Assembly (NCBI GenBank): GCA_963662715.1 | Contig: OY759724.1 | Location: forward strand, 460,670 to 524,669 | From: Candidatus Omnitrophota bacterium | GTDB taxonomy: Bacteria > Omnitrophota > Gorgyraeia > Zapsychrales > JANLHA01 | DNA length: 64,000 bases | Direction of reading: 5' to 3' | Shown here: piece after piece, positions 1 through 10,008 of the stretch | How the letters are laid out: each line of letters begins with the position of its first letter | How positions within the stretch are numbered: position 1 is the first letter of the stretch | Translations under genes and position numbers: made by a program | The notes under the pieces: generated by a model | Databases searched by the model: none | The model's input: the letters and a program-made list of their open reading frames with translations, nothing else | What the model was told of the DNA's origin: nothing

Positions 1-1034
1 TCAGCAAACTGAATGGAGCCGTCAGGACGCCACTTGAACCATTCCGGGTGCTCTTTGACATACGGATGATCCGGGGAGCATTGATAGGCCAAGTCAAGCG
101 CCACGTCAATGCCGTAAGCCCGAGCCTCTTTGATAAAATGTTTTAAATCGTTCAGGGTTCCTAGCTGGGGATGAATGCTTTTATGTCCTCCCTCCTTATT
201 GCCTATCGCCCACGGGCAGCCGGGGTCTTGAGGCTCGCATATGACGGAGTTGTTCGTCCCTTTTCGGTTCGTAATGCCGATAGGATGTATCGGCGGAAAA
301 TAAACGACATCAAAGCCCATACGGGCGATTTCCGGCAACATTTTTTCACAGTCTTTAAAAGACCCGTGCCGGCCATCCGGCCCCCAGGACCGGGGGAAAA
401 ACTCATACCAGGCACTAAAAAGGGCTTTCTTTCTATCAACTGTCACGCGCAGTTCTTTCGGATACGCACACCCGTTCGCCCATTCAACGTAAGAACGCAT
501 CAATTTCTGCAGCTCATCCGAAAACGCCAAAGCCATGCCTTCCGGCGTCACTTTGGGGGACCTGAGTTGTTGCATCAGATCTCGGAGGTAATCGCCATCC
601 TTTCCTTGAGCTTTCTCCAGAACCTGCTCCATCAACTGTACGCCGACTAAAATATCGATATCCACAGGAGCCTGAGCGTCCCATTTTTTTTTCAAATCAC
701 GCTGCCAGGATGTGAAAACGTCAATGCATCCCTGTATGGTATACACGTAATCCGTCATTTGGGAAATATCAAAACACGCTTCCCAGCGGTCGTTGCCCAG
801 AGAGGTCATCTCGCGATATTGCCAGTCGGCAGAAGCGACAGGCCGGTAAGCCAATCTTACGGCGATTTCGTCATGTCCGTCCGCATAAACGCTCGCCCGC
901 ACAACAACGTGTTCCCCGACCACACGCTTGATAGCGAATTGGCCGCCGTCAATTTCCGGGGCGACCTTTTCAATATTGACACGGGAATATTTCTGGACTT
1001 TTGTGAGGACTTTTTTTGTTTTGACTTGAGCCAC
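1..1034 (-). CDS. glgE: alpha-1,4-glucan:maltose-1-phosphate maltosyltransferase GlgE (GH13 family); the N-terminal ~345 aa lie in the window and the C-terminus lies beyond position 1
   Basis: The minus-strand translation reads ...[44 protein letters not shown]... (GlgE N-domain). It then reads ...[13 protein letters not shown]...[13 protein letters not shown]...[32 protein letters not shown] up to the window edge with no stop. The start is probably GTG near 1034. The plus-strand ORFs 171..650 and 759..1061 are antisense artefacts. Confidence 0.75.
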   Translation of the reverse strand, partial: [344 protein letters not shown]

Positions 1035-1333
1035 GTTTATTCCCCTTTTCCATATAAATAATTTTTAATATTATTTTGGCTTGTTCATACCAGAGGAATC
1101 CCCTCCGGCGCTTAAATTCAGGTAACAGCCTCACATGATGTTCATGGGATGGCCACACGTTAAGGAAAATTTCATGCTGACCTTAAAGATAATTTTACAT
1201 TAATCCCGGGATATCTGCCTTAAAAATTTGACAAAATTAAACGCAAAAAGATAAAGAACACCCCAAAAGTTAAAACACATAGAGATTACATGGATTCGAA
1301 GAGATCTGTAGAAAGACGCAAAGGATGAGGCAG

Positions 1334-1359
1334 GACTGAATAATAATTATTATTCAGTC
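1334..1359. repeat. perfect 26-bp AT-rich palindrome (gactgaataataattattattcagtc) overlapping the speH stop codon and followed on the plus strand by a T6 run
   Basis: Direct reading of the sequence: the two arms are exact reverse complements. Confidence 0.8.
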
Positions 1360-1747
1360 ATTTTTTATAATCTTTCGTTCTTAAGGAAGATACTGGAAAA
1401 CACTTTGATAATTTTCCTCTTTGAAATTCGACAACTTCATATTTTCTTGCACTGATTTCGTTCTTGATAAAATCAATGGCTTTCTGGTTATCGATCGTTT
1501 CACCACAGGTAAAAACATCCACCGCCGCATAACCGTACTCCGGCCAAGTATGAATGCTTAAATGAGATTCCGCGACAACAACAACACCGGTAATTCCATA
1601 TGGCGAAAATTCATGAAATAAAGAATCAATAACTGTCGCTCCCGCCACTTCTGCGGCTGTCACCAAAGCGGACCGCAGCAAAGGGATATCATTTAAACTC
1701 TCATGATTACACCCATAATATTCAATAATAGCGTGCTTCCCGAGCAT
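1358..1747 (-). CDS. speH: S-adenosylmethionine decarboxylase proenzyme (SpeH type, pyruvoyl-dependent)
   Basis: MLGKHAIIEYYGCNHESLND...VVVVAESHLSIHTWPEYGYAAVDVFTCGE matches the SpeH serinolysis and active-site region. The ORF track extends to 1795 from an upstream Met. Confidence 0.8.
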   Translation of the reverse strand: MLGKHAIIEYYGCNHESLNDIPLLRSALVTAAEVAGATVIDSLFHEFSPYGITGVVVVAESHLSIHTWPEYGYAAVDVFTCGETIDNQKAIDFIKNEISARKYEVVEFQRGKLSKCFPVSSLRTKDYKK

Positions 1748-2068
1748 GGATGTAACATTATTCATACATGGGTTAAATTTTTGCATTTTTATCACCTAAA
1801 AATATAAGAGTTAAGTAATATTTAGCCTATTTTTTCAGTATGGAATAGACATATAAAATATCAGAAAACAGCCATTTCTTCAACATTTTATTATTTTTCT
1901 AAAAAATCCCCTGTCAGGATCAAAAACATATTTCCCAGGAGCAGTTTCATAAAAAACATTCCGGCATGCCCTAAGGGATTTTCATATATAATTCAATTAT
2001 AATACATTATTCCCCTAAAAATCTTTTTTTCTGTCGCGACAGGGGAAAACGCCCTTTCCGGGAAAAAG

Positions 2069-2560
2069 TCATTTTATGCTGACAATTTTTACCTCAAATA
2101 ATAAATCCTGACCTGCTAACGGATGATTAAAGTTAACAATGACGGAATTTTCCTGAACCTCTTCAATCATTCCTATCACAGGCTGACCGGTTTCAGTCTG
2201 CAACTGAACCTGCATACCTTTTTCCGGATTCATATCAGGAGGCAATTTTGTCTTAGGAATTTCAATAACGGCCCGGGGGTCGACCGGTCCGTAAGCCTCT
2301 TCGGCTGATACCGTGACGCTCTTTTCTTCGCCCTCTTTCATCCCGGCCAACTGTTTCTCCAGGCCGGGGATAATCATTTGCGAGCCGTGGACATATTCAA
2401 GCGGCTCTTTCCCTTCAGATGTGTCCGCCACTTCCCCCTCAACAGTAAGTGTGTAGTGAAATTTCACAGTCTTCCCGTCTGAAACCATTAGATTTTCTCC
2501 TTTCGCTTGAGTGACATTCAAACACAAAACAAAACAAATAACCCAAATAAACCGTTGCAT
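2069..2560 (-). CDS. FKBP-type peptidyl-prolyl cis-trans isomerase (SlyD/FkpA-like) with an N-terminal signal peptide
   Basis: Hydrophobic N-terminus; FKBP fold motifs KFHYTLTVEGEVADTS...YVHGSQMIIPGLEKQLAGMKEGE and an insert-in-flap-like segment. Confidence 0.7.
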   Translation of the reverse strand: MQRFIWVICFVLCLNVTQAKGENLMVSDGKTVKFHYTLTVEGEVADTSEGKEPLEYVHGSQMIIPGLEKQLAGMKEGEEKSVTVSAEEAYGPVDPRAVIEIPKTKLPPDMNPEKGMQVQLQTETGQPVIGMIEEVQENSVIVNFNHPLAGQDLLFEVKIVSIK

Positions 2561-2635
2561 ACTCCCTCCTTGTTTTTAAAGACAAGTGTTCCTGCTCAGC
2601 CCTGTCAGAATGACAGGCCTTTTGCCCCGAAAGAC

Positions 2636-3829
2636 TCACTGATGCAGCCAACCGTTCTTTTCGAAAAAGCCCACAATAATCTCTTCCGTCAATTGCTGGC
2701 CCCGGGCGGACAGATGTCCCCGGGAAGAATAAAGCTGATCCACATCCTCCCCCTCAATCTTTTGAGCCAGGTGGCTCATTAAGTCGATATAGGCAAACCG
2801 GCTGTTACGCAAAAATTCATGAAGTTTCTGATAAATATGGATTTGGTCCTCCTGAAAAACACGGAAATCATGCCGACTCGGGAAAATAACAATAACGGGG
2901 ACGGCCCCCTGGCTGACGACTTCTTCATGGAAAGCCGTGATAATTTTTTGAGTGATGATAAAAAATTCTGAATGTTCCCCCCAAAAGGAAGCAACAGACG
3001 CGTCCATCGTTTTTAACCTGGCATTAAAGATCAATTTAAAGGTGAGATCCACCAAACGGATGCAAGATAAGGTCGGCCGGGACTCACGGCAGTTCATTTT
3101 CCTGTAATAATGATCAAACGCACCTAACTCCGGCAAAACCTTCTGCGGGGAGGACAACAAAAGACGGTATTGGTTCAAAGACGACAACGGATTCTTGACC
3201 AGAGAGAGTGTCTCGTTTTGACAAATAAAACGGGGCTTAGATAAGGGGATGTCTGTACCAGGAGCGAAAAAAGGACGGAAGGTGTTGACGTGACGCGGCA
3301 TATCATCCAGGGTAAATCCTATGACAACGATATCGGGATGAAACAAAACCCCTTCTTCCTTATAGCGGAGAAAAGCCTGGTCAAGACCATAGGCCGGCAC
3401 TCCAAAATTCAGGACTTCAATATCAGGATAATCCTGATTAACCCTCTCCTGCCAGGTGTCTTCATTTCTGACATCGTCCCCATGCACAAAAGAATCCCCG
3501 AACGCACAAATTCGTCTTTTCTCCTTGGTTTTCTCAAAGTCAAAATCCCGGGAGGAACGTATCCCCTGCCTGTTGGTTCGGTAAATGCCGGACACTCCGT
3601 CTGCCCGGACCGACCACCCCAAACAGGGATGAAAGGCCAAATATTCCAACTCTCCGTTTATGACTCTTTTTATAGCATCTTTGTGTCGCGAGGACAGAAT
3701 ACTCTGACAATCCAACCCCAAATAGGTTTTTTTTATCTCCCGCAAATAATAAAGGGCGCTGAACGACAGAACTTCCACGAGGATAAAGACAAGAAACAAC
3801 CTGATGATAATAAAAAATAACCTTCGCAT
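2636..3829 (-). CDS. membrane-anchored SGNH/GDSL-family hydrolase (AlgJ/AlgX-like architecture)
   Basis: N-terminal TM helix; GDSL block AFGDSFVHGDDV; distal His-containing block typical of the SGNH fold. Confidence 0.5.
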   Translation of the reverse strand: MRRLFFIIIRLFLVFILVEVLSFSALYYLREIKKTYLGLDCQSILSSRHKDAIKRVINGELEYLAFHPCLGWSVRADGVSGIYRTNRQGIRSSRDFDFEKTKEKRRICAFGDSFVHGDDVRNEDTWQERVNQDYPDIEVLNFGVPAYGLDQAFLRYKEEGVLFHPDIVVIGFTLDDMPRHVNTFRPFFAPGTDIPLSKPRFICQNETLSLVKNPLSSLNQYRLLLSSPQKVLPELGAFDHYYRKMNCRESRPTLSCIRLVDLTFKLIFNARLKTMDASVASFWGEHSEFFIITQKIITAFHEEVVSQGAVPVIVIFPSRHDFRVFQEDQIHIYQKLHEFLRNSRFAYIDLMSHLAQKIEGEDVDQLYSSRGHLSARGQQLTEEIIVGFFEKNGWLHQ

Positions 3830-3877
3830 TGATTAGGCTGGGAACGATACCTGTGTTCAACGGCTCCTTGGACAAGT

Positions 3878-5092
3878 TTATTTGCGTCTTGACTGAAACC
3901 GGGATGACGTCTTCCAGCGCCCGCCGATCCGCTGGGCACTGAAAACTTTTTTGGGCTTATCAAATTGTTCGAAAGTGCCGTCGAAATGCTTGGAGATCGG
4001 CAGGGCCATTTTTATAATCCGCTCGATATCCCGCACATCCTTGCCCTGGTCAGGCGTCGCTAAAGAGATGGCATGGCCCGGGCTACCGGCCCGTCCGGTG
4101 CGGCCAATTCTATGAACGTAGTTTTCCGCATCATCCGGCAGGTCAAAATTAATAACCAGTTCAATCCCGGCGACATCAATGCCTCGGGCGGCAATATCCG
4201 TAGCGCATAAAACACGGTATTTCCCTGTCTTAAAACCACTCAATGCCTCCCGCCGCTGGGGCAGGGTCCGGTCCGAGTGAATTTCAGCCACGCGATGTCC
4301 CATGCGCCGAATAATCCTGACAATCTTCTTTGTTCCTAATTTCGTCCGGCAAAACAGCAGCACCGATCCCCGGTACTGCTTTAACAACTTCTCCAGAATT
4401 TCCTGTTTCATCTCCTTCCGGACAATAAACAACTCGTGGGAAACCTTTTCCGCCGTTGTGCCCGAGGGAGCGATTTCCACCTGGACCGGGAATTTCATAT
4501 GAGCCGAAGCAATTTTAACAATAGCCGGGGGTATCGTGGCAGAAAAAAGCAGCGTCTGACGGTTCGAAGGCACAGACTGCAAAACTTTTTCTATCTGGGG
4601 AGCAAAACCCATGTCCAGCATACGGTCGGCTTCATCCAGGATAAGGATATGAACTTTGCTCAAGCGAACCTTGCGCTGCTCCATAAGGTCAATGAGCCGT
4701 CCCGGGGTAGCGATCAAAATCCGCGGATTCTGCGCCAAGGCTTTCAGCTGTCTGTAGACAGGAGTCCCCCCGATAAGAACAGCGGATTTTATGGCTAAAG
4801 GCCGGGCAATTTTCTTAACACTCTCTTCGACCTGTAAGGCAAGCTCACGTGTCGGGACAAGAATTAAAGCCATGGACTTATTTTGCGCCAACTGCTGAAG
4901 CGTGGGGATGACAAAAGCCATGGTTTTCCCGGTCCCCGTTTGCGCAATCCCAATAAGATCCTTCCCCTCCAAAGCCACCGGCACAGCTTTATGTTGTATA
5001 GGCGTCGCGGTCTTGAATTTCAGACGGTCAAGAGTTTCAATGATTTTAGGGGCGATCCCTAATCCAAAAAAATTATACTCAGATTTATACAT
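3878..5092 (-). CDS. DEAD-box ATP-dependent RNA helicase (RhlE/DeaD-like) with a basic C-terminal tail
   Basis: Q-motif/Walker A AQTGTGKT, PTRELA, DEAD box ILILDEADRMLDMGF, SAT, HRIGRTGRAG; the start is probably MYKSEYNFF. Confidence 0.85.
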   Translation of the reverse strand: MYKSEYNFFGLGIAPKIIETLDRLKFKTATPIQHKAVPVALEGKDLIGIAQTGTGKTMAFVIPTLQQLAQNKSMALILVPTRELALQVEESVKKIARPLAIKSAVLIGGTPVYRQLKALAQNPRILIATPGRLIDLMEQRKVRLSKVHILILDEADRMLDMGFAPQIEKVLQSVPSNRQTLLFSATIPPAIVKIASAHMKFPVQVEIAPSGTTAEKVSHELFIVRKEMKQEILEKLLKQYRGSVLLFCRTKLGTKKIVRIIRRMGHRVAEIHSDRTLPQRREALSGFKTGKYRVLCATDIAARGIDVAGIELVINFDLPDDAENYVHRIGRTGRAGSPGHAISLATPDQGKDVRDIERIIKMALPISKHFDGTFEQFDKPKKVFSAQRIGGRWKTSSRFQSRRK

Positions 5093-5395
5093 AATACGCT
5101 CTCTTGTAAGAGCTTTCCCGCCCCTCAACGTAGGCGGGAGAGCTTTTTCATTAGGTTTTTCCTGGGATGATCAAAGTTACGGGCAGCGGCCAAGAAGTCC
5201 CCCTAGTATGACGGCTATCCGCTGAAAGTCAATGACTATTTTCCTCCGGGTTCGCATTATGACTCTTATGTTCAATTTAACACATCACAGGCAGACCGTT
5301 GTAAAAAATGGGGAAAATCTGGTAGGAATGAAAATCTTACGAATTCGGGAATATGGAAAGGCGCCTCCCCCGTCCTCATGCGGCCCTGATGGCCG

Positions 5396-5977
5396 TTATT
5401 TATGATACTCTATCTCATCAAGAAAAATCGTCCCGCCTTCCGGATTCGAGGCATTTTCAAAAATAACCAAAAACCCGCCAATGATATGGGACAAATCCTT
5501 CTCTCTCAAATCCAAGGTATATTTCTTCCAAGTATCGGTTAAAATAAACTTTCCCTGGGCCATATCAGAATCTGAATAATCCTTGCCCCGCAAACCCCCG
5601 ATTCTGACAAGGATTGTTTCTCCGCCTTTTTGCCCCTTGGCAAAAAGAGTTAATTTCCTGACGCCTTTTAATTTTGAACGGCCTTTTTCCGTACCCCAAT
5701 TATTCACCGGGTATTGCCAATAAATACCCGCCCAGCCTAAAGAATTAGGTTTTTTAGGGCTGTAATCGATTTTTACGCAGGTCTTTCCTAAATAAGGGTC
5801 TTCGGGAAAAGCGGAATTTATGGACAAATCATCTGTATTGCCCATCCAGCCGCTGGCATGAAACCATCGGAAATAATTTTCCTGATAAAGGAAGAAAGAC
5901 TCACCTGCGGAAGCTTGTGCCACAAAAGACAAAAGGATAAGCCCATAAATCACTAACGGAAATAATCGCTTATCCAT
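5396..5977 (-). CDS. secreted hypothetical protein (CIA30/CBM-like beta-sandwich candidate)
   Basis: Cleavable signal peptide (…FVAQASA); the aromatic/Gly-rich pattern …GGFLVIFEN…IFLDEIEYH resembles CIA30-like carbohydrate-binding modules. Confidence 0.35.
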   Translation of the reverse strand: MDKRLFPLVIYGLILLSFVAQASAGESFFLYQENYFRWFHASGWMGNTDDLSINSAFPEDPYLGKTCVKIDYSPKKPNSLGWAGIYWQYPVNNWGTEKGRSKLKGVRKLTLFAKGQKGGETILVRIGGLRGKDYSDSDMAQGKFILTDTWKKYTLDLREKDLSHIIGGFLVIFENASNPEGGTIFLDEIEYHK

Positions 5978-6098
5978 TTATCCTGTCCTTTCATGTCAGT
6001 TGTCACAGAGAATTATTTATATTTTACTCCTATTCCAGCCATGGTTCAAGAAAATAAAATCTCCCCGGCCTTCCGGGAATGGCGAAAAGGGTGTTCCT

Positions 6099-7565
6099 TT
6101 ATATATGCTTTTCTCCCTTCAGCGCTCCCGCTTCCCACCTGGAAATGCCGGCCATAACGTCTTTAAAGCATAATTTAGCGAGTTCATCGAAATTGCTTTC
6201 TAATATCCTCTGAATACGCCCCGGCTTTGAATAAAATTCCCTCATGCCCCAGGCTCCGAGACGTCCGAGGTCTTCAATGCTCAAATGATGGGTCGGGACA
6301 ACAGGATGAAGAAAATCCCACTGGAGCATATCCAATCGGTCCGGATCGATCCAGCCCTTTTGAATGCCTTCCTGCCAAACCGGTGATCCCGGAGGAGGCG
6401 TCAGGTAGCCGACCCACATAACATCCGGATCGACCTGGTCGGCAAACTCAAACCTGCTTTTGATAATCTGCTCATTATCATAATCAAATCCGATCATAAT
6501 ATCCCCGACGATAGCAATATCGTTCTTCCGGAGGATATCAATGGTTTTATATATCTCTTCAACCGTAATACCTTTATCCAGTTTCCTCAATTCATCATCA
6601 CTGGCGACTTCAATTCCAAAAACCGCCATAAACATCCCCGCTTTTTTCATCAGGGGGATATCCTGCTCCAGGCGCACCCAGTCACTGGCACACCCCAGGC
6701 TGACCCATTTCATCTTTAAATCCCGCTTGATTTTCTCTTCACAAAATTCCCGCACCCGCTTGGGATTCAGGTTGAAATTATCTTCCTGAATGACAGCCAC
6801 TTTGGTTCCGAACGTCCGTTCAAGCAGCTCCATCTCTTCTACGACCCTCAAGGCCGACTTAGCGCGCCAGCGCTGAAAATGCTTAAGCGCCCTGGGGTCA
6901 TGTTCACTCCACTCATAGCAAAAAGTGCACCCGTGGGTGCATCCGCGGGAAGTGACAATCTCCACAAAAGGAGCCCAGTAGGTGTGGCCCACATATCGCC
7001 CCATAGGGAAAAGATCATAGGCCGGCAACGGCAGAACGTCTAAATTTTTAATAAGTTCCCGGACAGGACCAAACTCAACAGCCCCGTTATGCCGAAAAGC
7101 TAAACCGGCGATATTCTGAAAATCCGTCTGCCCGTTGTTTAAGGCTTCCATAAGCTCATGAAAAGTCACTTCCCCTTCCCCCATGACCACAAAATCAATA
7201 GCCGGATTTTTCTGCAAAGTCTCCCGGCTTAAGTAGGAATACCATAATCCGCCTACGACAATTTTCACCCGGGGAAGGGCCTCTTTAATGGCAGCGGCGG
7301 AATCATTAAAATATTTCTGGACAGCGAAGCCTCCATAGGAATGCAGGATGTCTCCCAAGACGATCACTTCAGGACCCTTCTCCCGGATAATACCCAACAT
7401 TTCATCCATCGGAATACCGAGGACTTTACAGTCCAACACTTCCGGTTCAATGCTCCCCTGTTCTCTGGCATAAGCCGCCCAATGGGCATGCATCTGATTA
7501 GGCGCGACATGCTTGCCATGCGTCGCCCAGGACCCCAGCTGCGGTGTCACAAACAGCACTTTCAT
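6099..7565 (-). CDS. B12-binding-domain radical SAM protein
   Basis: N-terminal cobalamin-binding-like Rossmann segment (…VIVLGDILHSY…KIVVGGLW); radical SAM CxxxCxxC cluster SRGCTHGCTFCYEW. Confidence 0.8.
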   Translation of the reverse strand: MKVLFVTPQLGSWATHGKHVAPNQMHAHWAAYAREQGSIEPEVLDCKVLGIPMDEMLGIIREKGPEVIVLGDILHSYGGFAVQKYFNDSAAAIKEALPRVKIVVGGLWYSYLSRETLQKNPAIDFVVMGEGEVTFHELMEALNNGQTDFQNIAGLAFRHNGAVEFGPVRELIKNLDVLPLPAYDLFPMGRYVGHTYWAPFVEIVTSRGCTHGCTFCYEWSEHDPRALKHFQRWRAKSALRVVEEMELLERTFGTKVAVIQEDNFNLNPKRVREFCEEKIKRDLKMKWVSLGCASDWVRLEQDIPLMKKAGMFMAVFGIEVASDDELRKLDKGITVEEIYKTIDILRKNDIAIVGDIMIGFDYDNEQIIKSRFEFADQVDPDVMWVGYLTPPPGSPVWQEGIQKGWIDPDRLDMLQWDFLHPVVPTHHLSIEDLGRLGAWGMREFYSKPGRIQRILESNFDELAKLCFKDVMAGISRWEAGALKGEKHI

Positions 7566-7580
7566 TCTAATATCTCCTTT

Positions 7581-8159
7581 TTAACCTGTTTCCTTTAAAA
7601 TTCCCTTGGACCAGATATCCAAGACTTCCTTTAATGCTTTTTGAAACGAAATATTCTCGTTCTGCAAAAATTCCGGATTAATACATTCATCAACAGCGCC
7701 TAAAAATGCCCGAACGGCAACAGCAGAATGGATGCGCCGGAAGGCCCCCTGATTAATTCCCTCTTGGATCAATTTCTCAATTTCTAAAATCTTCTCTGTC
7801 CGGAAAGAAATAAAATCTTCCCAAAGATGAGGCAGCTCCTGTTTGATATCTGTTAAGAAATGTTCAAACCAAGGGGCCAAGGCTTTCTGCAGGAAACACA
7901 CATTCTGGTAAATGATCTGCAGAGGATCTTTGGTTTCTTCCTCGACGGTTGCCTGATTCTCATTGATTCTGCCCTTGATGCGGGCAAAAAGGGTCTCGGC
8001 TATTTCAATTTTACTCTGGAAATGCTTATAAATCGTGTTCTTGCTCATGGCCAGATCTTTGGCGATTTCATCCATGAGAACCTTGCGGTAACCGAAGCGG
8101 ATCATGCGTGTTTCTGCGGCATCCAGAATTCTTTCCCGGACAAGATCAACAGAATCCAT
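7581..8159 (-). CDS. TetR/AcrR family transcriptional regulator
   Basis: N-terminal HTH ILDAAETRMIRFGYRKVLMDEIAKDLAMSKNTIYKHF. Confidence 0.8.
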   Translation of the reverse strand: MDSVDLVRERILDAAETRMIRFGYRKVLMDEIAKDLAMSKNTIYKHFQSKIEIAETLFARIKGRINENQATVEEETKDPLQIIYQNVCFLQKALAPWFEHFLTDIKQELPHLWEDFISFRTEKILEIEKLIQEGINQGAFRRIHSAVAVRAFLGAVDECINPEFLQNENISFQKALKEVLDIWSKGILKETG

Positions 8160-8342
8160 ATCGCCCTCCTATGGGTAACAATAATACTGATTTAGTATTT
8201 TCAGTATCATAGCAAAACCCGGACAGGTGTCAATAAAAAAATCCCTGGCGGCCATGGGCCACGAGGGATTTTATATATCTTGTCCGGCAGGAAGATCTCC
8301 GGATATATTTTATAATTATGAAAAAATCATATCAGCCTCTCA

Positions 8343-8891
8343 TCAAGGAGCTTCCTGCGGAGGAGCTTCCATCGGCATGTCATCTTGAAACCTGGGTTTA
8401 AATTTTTCTTTATCCTTATCCTTGAATTGGTCGAGTTTCTCCCGAAAAAGCACAAACTGTTCCGGAGTCAAAATCTTCCTGATATTCAATACCCCTTCCA
8501 GCATAAAATCTTCCTTCTGGGTAACTAAAGATTTCAGCTCCGCGTGCAATTTTCTGACCTCATCCATATCGAGCTGCGTTTTATGAAGTTCGTTCCGGAC
8601 AGCCTCTCTCTTTTCATGAATGGCCTTCATCAACGATTTAAAAGCCTCCATATGCTTTTCTTTATGAGATTCAATTTGCTTCTGCTGTTCGGGAGTGAGA
8701 TTTAATTCCTGAATGATTATCTCCTCGATGGGCGGCTTCCTTTTATGATGCCTGAAATGTTCATGTGGAGGCCCTCCCCCTTCCGGAGGCTGCGCTAAAA
8801 CGATGCTCGCGGGGGACACGGTTATCAACCCGATCAGGCACCATATAACAAATAATCTCTTTCTCATGACCAACCCTCCTTTTTCAAACAT
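8343..8891 (-). CDS. periplasmic Spy/CpxP/ZraP-family protein (LTXXQ motif)
   Basis: Signal peptide; two LTXXQ-type motifs (LNLTPEQQKQI, ILTPEQFVLF); His-rich, charged coiled-coil. Confidence 0.6.
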   Translation of the reverse strand: MFEKGGLVMRKRLFVIWCLIGLITVSPASIVLAQPPEGGGPPHEHFRHHKRKPPIEEIIIQELNLTPEQQKQIESHKEKHMEAFKSLMKAIHEKREAVRNELHKTQLDMDEVRKLHAELKSLVTQKEDFMLEGVLNIRKILTPEQFVLFREKLDQFKDKDKEKFKPRFQDDMPMEAPPQEAP

Positions 8892-9388
8892 TACAAAAAT
8901 ATTTCTTCGATATACGTCCCATAGCCCCCCTGATCCTCGCCGTTCAGGGAGTCAGGATAGCCTATCATAAAGGCCAGATACTCCACATGTTCTTTGCTCT
9001 GCGTCTCCACATATGTTTGATTCAGGCTGTGCTGCCTCACAACAAAGGTCATAATGACAAGGAACAATAAAGAAGCCAAAACCCAAGCAGGTCTGGGGAT
9101 GACAAGCTTTTTGAGAATGTCCGGCCATGGTCTAAAAGAATGAAAAACATCCGGAAGCGCCTCCCGTTCTTCAAGACTCTCTTTGATATTCGCCCAAACA
9201 GTCTCCGGTGTTTGCTCCCGTTCTATTTGTTCAAACGGCTCTATAACCTCCTGACGGGCCTGAGACGCAAACTCCCGGCAACGGGGACATTGCAGGAGGT
9301 GGGCTTCCAGTTCTTCTTTGGCCTCGCCTCTCATGCACCCATCCAGATAATCCGTCAGAATATAATCCTGCACTCTAGCACAATCCAT
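8891..9388 (-). CDS. anti-sigma factor (zf-HC2 zinc-finger type, single TM)
   Basis: N-terminal H-x3-C-x2-C (EAHLLQCPRCREF); central TM helix WVLASLLFLVIMTFVV; start codon overlaps the ECF sigma gene. Confidence 0.65.
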   Translation of the reverse strand: MDCARVQDYILTDYLDGCMRGEAKEELEAHLLQCPRCREFASQARQEVIEPFEQIEREQTPETVWANIKESLEEREALPDVFHSFRPWPDILKKLVIPRPAWVLASLLFLVIMTFVVRQHSLNQTYVETQSKEHVEYLAFMIGYPDSLNGEDQGGYGTYIEEIFL

Positions 9389-9953
9389 GCGTTATCTCCT
9401 CTTTTTTTAGAGACAGCAGTTTTTCCCGGGCCCGCTTGAGCCGGGAGCGGACCGCATTGATATCTATCTTCAAAGATTGCGCTATCTCCTCATAGCTCAA
9501 CCCCTCAACGTTTCTCAGGACAATACAGATTTTTTGCTCCGGCGTCAGATAATTGAGTAGCCGTTCTATCAGGCAATCTTTATATTCCTTTTCCGTTAAG
9601 GCTTTCACATCATTCTTAACCTCTTGCGGTTCAAAGTTCTCATCATATTCCACCGCTTTGTTTTTGTGTTTTGCTTCTTTTTTCAAATAATTAAGCGTCA
9701 TATTTACCGTTATCCGGTAAATCCAGGTTTTCAGGCTGGATTGATATCGGAAACTTTCTAATTTCCTATAAACGGTCATAAAAACCTCTTGGGTGATCTC
9801 CTCGGCATCTTCCCGGGACTGCGCTGTTCTCAAAGCCACATTAAAGACATAATTCGAATAAAATCTGAATATCATTTCAAAGGCGTCCAAATCCCCGTCT
9901 GCGGCTTTCAATATAATATCCTGTGAGACATCCTGCATATAGGACCCGACCAC
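9375..9953 (-). CDS. RNA polymerase sigma-70 factor, ECF subfamily
   Basis: Region 2 (…YSNYVFNVALR…) and region 4 HTH (LSYEEIAQSLKIDINAVRSRLKRAREKL). Confidence 0.85.
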   Translation of the reverse strand: MVGSYMQDVSQDIILKAADGDLDAFEMIFRFYSNYVFNVALRTAQSREDAEEITQEVFMTVYRKLESFRYQSSLKTWIYRITVNMTLNYLKKEAKHKNKAVEYDENFEPQEVKNDVKALTEKEYKDCLIERLLNYLTPEQKICIVLRNVEGLSYEEIAQSLKIDINAVRSRLKRAREKLLSLKKEEITHGLC

Positions 9954-10008
9954 CTTTCATTTATTTAGACAAAAAAATTCCTGAAAAAGTTACTTTCGCT
10001 CGGAGACA

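Noticed and set aside
171-1061. Plus-strand ORFs 171..650 and 759..1061, and minus ORFs 203..439 and 970..1158.
   Set aside because: The opposite (minus) frame encodes a continuous, clearly recognisable GlgE. These ORFs are antisense or out-of-frame artefacts.
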